Source of the DNA: Flavobacteriales bacterium
GTDB lineage: Bacteria > Bacteroidota > Bacteroidia > Flavobacteriales > BACL11
Direction: 5' to 3'
NCBI GenBank assembly: GCA_014381465.1
Contig: JACNLP010000042.1
Location: forward strand, 64,220-128,219
DNA length: 64,000 nucleotides
The notes below the pieces were generated by a model. That model had not been told where the DNA came from, searched no databases, and saw only the letters and a list, made by a program, of their open reading frames with translations. Shown one piece after another: positions 59,688 to 64,000 of this stretch. The translations under genes were made by a program, and so were the position numbers. Position 1 is the stretch's first letter. Every line of letters starts with the position of its first letter.

Positions 59688-62216
59688 TTAGCAAGTTTTA
59701 GGCTTCTCTTTCGGTTTTGCTATCTTAATTTTTAGAGCCGATTTTTCTTTATTAATGCAAATTGTAATAGCATCCCCCTCTTTAATGCTGGTGTTAACAA
59801 TATCCTCTGCTAAAGGATCTTCAATGTATTTTTGAATTGCTCTTCTTAGTGGGCGAGCACCAAATTGTGCATCAAAGCCCTTTTCTGCTACAAAGTCCTT
59901 TGCTTTTTCAGAAATAGTAATAGTATAACCTAAAGTATTAATTCGCTTAAACAAACTATCTAGCTCTATATCAATTATATGCTTAATATTATCCTTAGAT
60001 AAGTTGTTAAAAATAATTACATCATCAATTCTATTTAAAAATTCTGGAGCAAAACTTTTCTTTAAAGCATTTTTAATTACTCCTTTGCTATGTTTATCAG
60101 CTCCCTTCTTTTTAGCAGAAGTATTAAAGCCAACACCTTGCCCAAAATCTTTCAATTGCCTACTTCCAATATTGGAAGTCATGATGATAACTGTATTTTT
60201 AAAATCAATTTTCCTTCCTAAACTATCAGTCATTTGCCCATCATCAAGTACTTGCAATAAAAGATTAAATACATCTGGATGTGCTTTTTCTATCTCATCT
60301 AATAATACAACCGAATAAGGTTTTCTCCTCACTTTTTCAGTTAGTTGACCGCCTTCTTCATAGCCAACATAACCAGGAGGAGCGCCTACTAATCGTGAAA
60401 CAGAAAACTTTTCCATATACTCACTCATGTCAATTCTTATTAGCGCTTCTGTAGTATCAAATAATTCTTTTGACAACTCTTTTGCTAAATGTGTTTTTCC
60501 AACTCCTGTTGCCCCCAAAAATATAAATGTCCCTATTGGTTTGTTCGGATCTTTTAAGCCAACTCTATTTCTTCTAATTGCTTTTACAATTTTTTCAACC
60601 GCATCATTCTGTCCAATAATTCGTTTTTTCAATTCATCACCCATACACAGCAGTTTATTACTTTCTTGTTCTGCAATTCTCTGTACAGGAATTCCAGTCA
60701 TCATAGAAATTACATCTGCAATATGGCTTTCTGTAACAGTCTCTTTATTGGATTTTAAGCTTTTTTCCCAAATATCTTTAGCATGTTCCAATTGAGAAAT
60801 GAGTAGTTTTTCTTTATCTCTTAATCTTCCAGCTTCTTCAAAATCCTGTTTTTTAACAACCTGGACTTTTTTCTTTTTTATATGTTCTAACTTCTCTTCT
60901 AAATGTAAAATGTTCTCAGGAACTTTTATGTTTGTGATATGAACTCTAGAGCCAGCTTCATCTAATGCATCAATGGCTTTATCAGGTAAAAATCTATCAT
61001 TCATATATCTATCAGTAAGAAGTACACATGCTTTTATAGCGTCAGCTGTATAGCTTACATTGTGGTGTTCCTCATATCTATCTTTGATATTTTGTAGAAT
61101 CTCTACCGTCTCATCAGGAGTTGTAGAGTTAATTATTACCTTTTGAAATCTTCTTTCCAATGCGCCATCCTTTTCAATATACTGCCTATATTCATCTAGT
61201 GTTGTTGCTCCAATACACTGTAACTCCCCTCTAGCTAAAGCAGGCTTAAACATATTAGATGCATCTAAAGAGCCAGAAGCACCACCAGCACCAACAAGGG
61301 TATGGATTTCATCAATAAATAGAATTACATCTGGGTTTTTTTCTAATTCTGTTATTACGGCTTTCATTCTTTCTTCAAATTGCCCTCTGTATTTTGTTCC
61401 AGCAACAAGCGCAGCTAAATCAAGCATAATGATTCTTTTATCAAAAAGCACTCTAGAAATTTTTCTATTAACAATTCTTAAAGCCAAACCTTCTGCAATA
61501 GCTGATTTACCAACTCCTGGTTCTCCAATTAAGATAGGATTGTTTTTCTTTCTTCTACTTAAAATTTGGGATACCCTTTCTATCTCATTTTTCCTTCCAA
61601 CTATAGGGTCTAACGATCCTTCTGCTGCCAATTTGGTTAAATCTCTACCAAAATTATCTAAAACAGGAGTGGAAGATTTTGCATTTCCAGTTGGGCTTTT
61701 TATATCTTCTTTTTCTTCAAAAATATCGTCATCATCATCTAACGGACTATCTAGTTCTGCTAATACTTCATCATAAAGTTCCAAATATTCATCAAGTACT
61801 ACATCATAAGTTATTTGAAAATTTTTAAGAGTTGTGCTAACTATATTATTCTCATCAAGAAGTATAGAGAGCAGCACATGAATTGTTTTTATTTCACTCT
61901 CTTTTAACTTCTTCATTTCCAATATAGATTTGGTAAATGCTCTTTTAGTTTGCTTTTTAACTTGTATTTTTTCCTCATCAGCAATTTCATTTCTTTGCTT
62001 TTTGGTCGGTTTAATGGTTTTTTCAATCACTTTTCGTAAATCTTTTACATTTAACCCTAAGCTTTTTAGTACTGTTATTGCCGTTCCATCACCATCTCTA
62101 ATGATTCCTAAAAGCAGATGTTCTGTGCCAATCGTATCATGCCCTAAGCGTAAAACTTCCTCTCTTACATAGGAAAGAACCTCTCGCATCCTGATTGAAA
62201 ATAATTTATTATCCAT
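59688..62216 (-). CDS. clpC: ATP-dependent Clp protease ATP-binding subunit
   Basis: Clp N-domain, GEPGVGKS, UVR coil, GATGVGKT, RIDMSEYMEK, GARPLRR. Confidence 0.95.
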   Translation of the reverse strand: MDNKLFSIRMREVLSYVREEVLRLGHDTIGTEHLLLGIIRDGDGTAITVLKSLGLNVKDLRKVIEKTIKPTKKQRNEIADEEKIQVKKQTKRAFTKSILEMKKLKESEIKTIHVLLSILLDENNIVSTTLKNFQITYDVVLDEYLELYDEVLAELDSPLDDDDDIFEEKEDIKSPTGNAKSSTPVLDNFGRDLTKLAAEGSLDPIVGRKNEIERVSQILSRRKKNNPILIGEPGVGKSAIAEGLALRIVNRKISRVLFDKRIIMLDLAALVAGTKYRGQFEERMKAVITELEKNPDVILFIDEIHTLVGAGGASGSLDASNMFKPALARGELQCIGATTLDEYRQYIEKDGALERRFQKVIINSTTPDETVEILQNIKDRYEEHHNVSYTADAIKACVLLTDRYMNDRFLPDKAIDALDEAGSRVHITNIKVPENILHLEEKLEHIKKKKVQVVKKQDFEEAGRLRDKEKLLISQLEHAKDIWEKSLKSNKETVTESHIADVISMMTGIPVQRIAEQESNKLLCMGDELKKRIIGQNDAVEKIVKAIRRNRVGLKDPNKPIGTFIFLGATGVGKTHLAKELSKELFDTTEALIRIDMSEYMEKFSVSRLVGAPPGYVGYEEGGQLTEKVRRKPYSVVLLDEIEKAHPDVFNLLLQVLDDGQMTDSLGRKIDFKNTVIIMTSNIGSRQLKDFGQGVGFNTSAKKKGADKHSKGVIKNALKKSFAPEFLNRIDDVIIFNNLSKDNIKHIIDIELDSLFKRINTLGYTITISEKAKDFVAEKGFDAQFGARPLRRAIQKYIEDPLAEDIVNTSIKEGDAITICINKEKSALKIKIAKPKEKPKTC

Positions 62217-62413
62217 ACCTTATTATTTAAATTTATAGTACCCAACTTTCATTCCGCAATATATTAGATAAAACACAAATTATTCTACCAAATGTCTATT
62301 TGTTTTTTCAACAAAAAATGTTCATAACTTACAAACGAAATAAAGTAGCTTTTCTTATCCTAAAATACGCAAATTTGTTTTCTTTGTTTCTTTAATATAA
62401 AACAATCAAAAAT

Positions 62414-64000
62414 ATGCCGTTAGGAGAAAAAATTATTCCGATAAATATAGAGGAAGAAATGAAGTCAAAATACATTGACTATTCAATGTCAGTTATTGTA
62501 TCAAGGGCTTTACCAGATGTCCGAGATGGATTAAAGCCAGTTCACCGCAGAATTTTGTTCGGAATGCATGAATTAGGAGTAAGAGCAAACTCTTCTTACA
62601 AAAAATCAGCAAGAATAGTAGGGGAGGTATTGGGTAAATTCCACCCGCATGGAGATACTGCTGTATATGATGCTATGGTACGAATGGCACAAGAATGGAG
62701 TATGCGCTATATGCTTGTTGATGGGCAAGGTAATTTTGGCTCAATTGATGGTGATAATCCTGCTGCAATGAGATATACAGAAGCTAGAATGAGGAAGCTT
62801 TCTGAAGATATGCTTTTAGATATTGATAAAGATACCATTGACTTCAAATTAAATTTTGATGACTCCTTAAAAGAACCAACCGTTTTACCTTCTCGTCTTC
62901 CTAATCTTTTGCTAAATGGTGCAACAGGAATTGCAGTTGGAATGGCAACTAATATGCCCCCACATAATTTATCAGAGGTAGTGGATGCAACTATTGCTTA
63001 TATTAAAAGCAGAGGCGCTACTGATATCGCAGGATTAATGGAACATATTAAAGCACCTGATTTCCCAACGGGAGGTACAATATATGGATATGAAGGAGTA
63101 AGAGCAGCTTTTGAAACCGGAAGAGGAAGAGTTGTAGTTAGAGGAAAAGTACGATTTGAAGAAAAAGGAAATAGAGAAAGAATTATTGTAGAGGAGATTC
63201 CTTATATGGTGAATAAATCGGATTTGATAAAAAAGACAGCCGATTTAGTAAACAGCAAAAAGCTAGATGGAATATCTGATATAAGAGATGAATCGGACAG
63301 AAATGGAATGCGTATTGTTTATGAATTAAAGCGTGATGCTATTCCAAATATTGTACTGAATAAGCTCTATAAATTCACGCAACTACAATCTTCATTTAGC
63401 GTGAATAATATTGCGCTTGTAAAAGGAAGACCTCAGCTTTTAAATCTATTGCAACTTATTCAGCTTTTTGTGGCGCACAGACATGAAGTTCTAATTAGAA
63501 AAACAACATACGAGTTAGATCAGGCACAAAAAAGAGCTCATATTTTGGAAGGTTTATTAATTGCATTAGATAATTTGGATGCGGTTATAAAACTAATTCG
63601 TGCATCTAAAACACCTGAGGAAGCTAGAAATGGCTTAATGAGTAATTTCTCTTTATCAGAGTTACAAGCAAAAGCAATTCTAGATTTACGCCTTCAAAAA
63701 CTTACAGGTCTGGAAACAGAAAAAATAAAGCAGGAACATAAAGAAATAATGGAAAGAATTGATCATTATAACTTGATATTATCAGATGAGGATTTAAGGT
63801 TAAATATGCTTAGTGATGACCTTTTGGAAGTAAAAGAAAAATATGGGGACGAAAGAAGAACCAATATTGAGTATTCTTCATCAGAAGTAAGTATTGAGGA
63901 TATGATACCAAATGAGGAAGTGCTAATTACCATTTCACATTTAGGATATATTAAGCGAACTTCTCTCTCAGAATACAGGGCACAAGGTAGAGGAGGGGTT
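62414..64000 (+). CDS. gyrA: DNA gyrase subunit A (3' truncated by window; absent from ORF track)
   Basis: [56 protein letters not shown]; ends in GyrA-box QGRGGV. Confidence 0.96.
   Translation, partial: MPLGEKIIPINIEEEMKSKYIDYSMSVIVSRALPDVRDGLKPVHRRILFGMHELGVRANSSYKKSARIVGEVLGKFHPHGDTAVYDAMVRMAQEWSMRYMLVDGQGNFGSIDGDNPAAMRYTEARMRKLSEDMLLDIDKDTIDFKLNFDDSLKEPTVLPSRLPNLLLNGATGIAVGMATNMPPHNLSEVVDATIAYIKSRGATDIAGLMEHIKAPDFPTGGTIYGYEGVRAAFETGRGRVVVRGKVRFEEKGNRERIIVEEIPYMVNKSDLIKKTADLVNSKKLDGISDIRDESDRNGMRIVYELKRDAIPNIVLNKLYKFTQLQSSFSVNNIALVKGRPQLLNLLQLIQLFVAHRHEVLIRKTTYELDQAQKRAHILEGLLIALDNLDAVIKLIRASKTPEEARNGLMSNFSLSELQAKAILDLRLQKLTGLETEKIKQEHKEIMERIDHYNLILSDEDLRLNMLSDDLLEVKEKYGDERRTNIEYSSSEVSIEDMIPNEEVLITISHLGYIKRTSLSEYRAQGRGGV

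Noticed and set aside
60004..62172. Antisense ORFs over clpC, and similar shadow ORFs elsewhere (e.g. 8359, 10436, 31427, 34430, 39593, 44578)
   Set aside because: They lie wholly opposite or inside well-conserved genes and have no recognisable motifs, as expected of codon-bias shadows.
62630..62680. Quinolone-resistance substitution in GyrA (HGDTAVYD)
   Set aside because: Thr at the Ser83-equivalent position is a common natural variant and the Asp87 equivalent is intact.

Overview
AT-rich, densely packed bacterial chromosome segment. Gene content (T9SS cargo, bshA/bshC, DUF4295, TAnnTTTG promoters) points to Bacteroidota, most likely Flavobacteriales. It runs from the end of a surface-polysaccharide cluster through mostly core genes (lptD-like, amidase, mlaD, thiolase, mutL, bshA, coaE, rlmD, zapA-6S RNA-rny, rpmB/rpmG, ftsY, rimO, bshC, guaA, clpC, partial gyrA). 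Most notable: (1) a family of TGTC-tagged hairpin repeats with covarying stems, arranged as inverted doublets around a small GIY-YIG nuclease gene and also found 32 kb away, resembling a REP/REPIN system but with a GIY-YIG instead of a RAYT; this sits in a 1.7 kb islet bounded by a duplicated gene 3' end; (2) an ArsR-controlled merTP operon with no merA but with a secreted CxxC cupredoxin-like protein and a Cys-Cys outer-membrane barrel; (3) a three-gene Ig/PKD surface-protein operon in which two proteins end in a shared TxPIxH[FY] tail instead of a T9SS signal; (4) an ArsC-VOC fusion, a hydrolase gene with an apparent in-frame internal deletion, a frameshifted pncC 5' end and a split rpmB/rpmG operon. 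All product calls come from motif recognition by eye, not from database searches.
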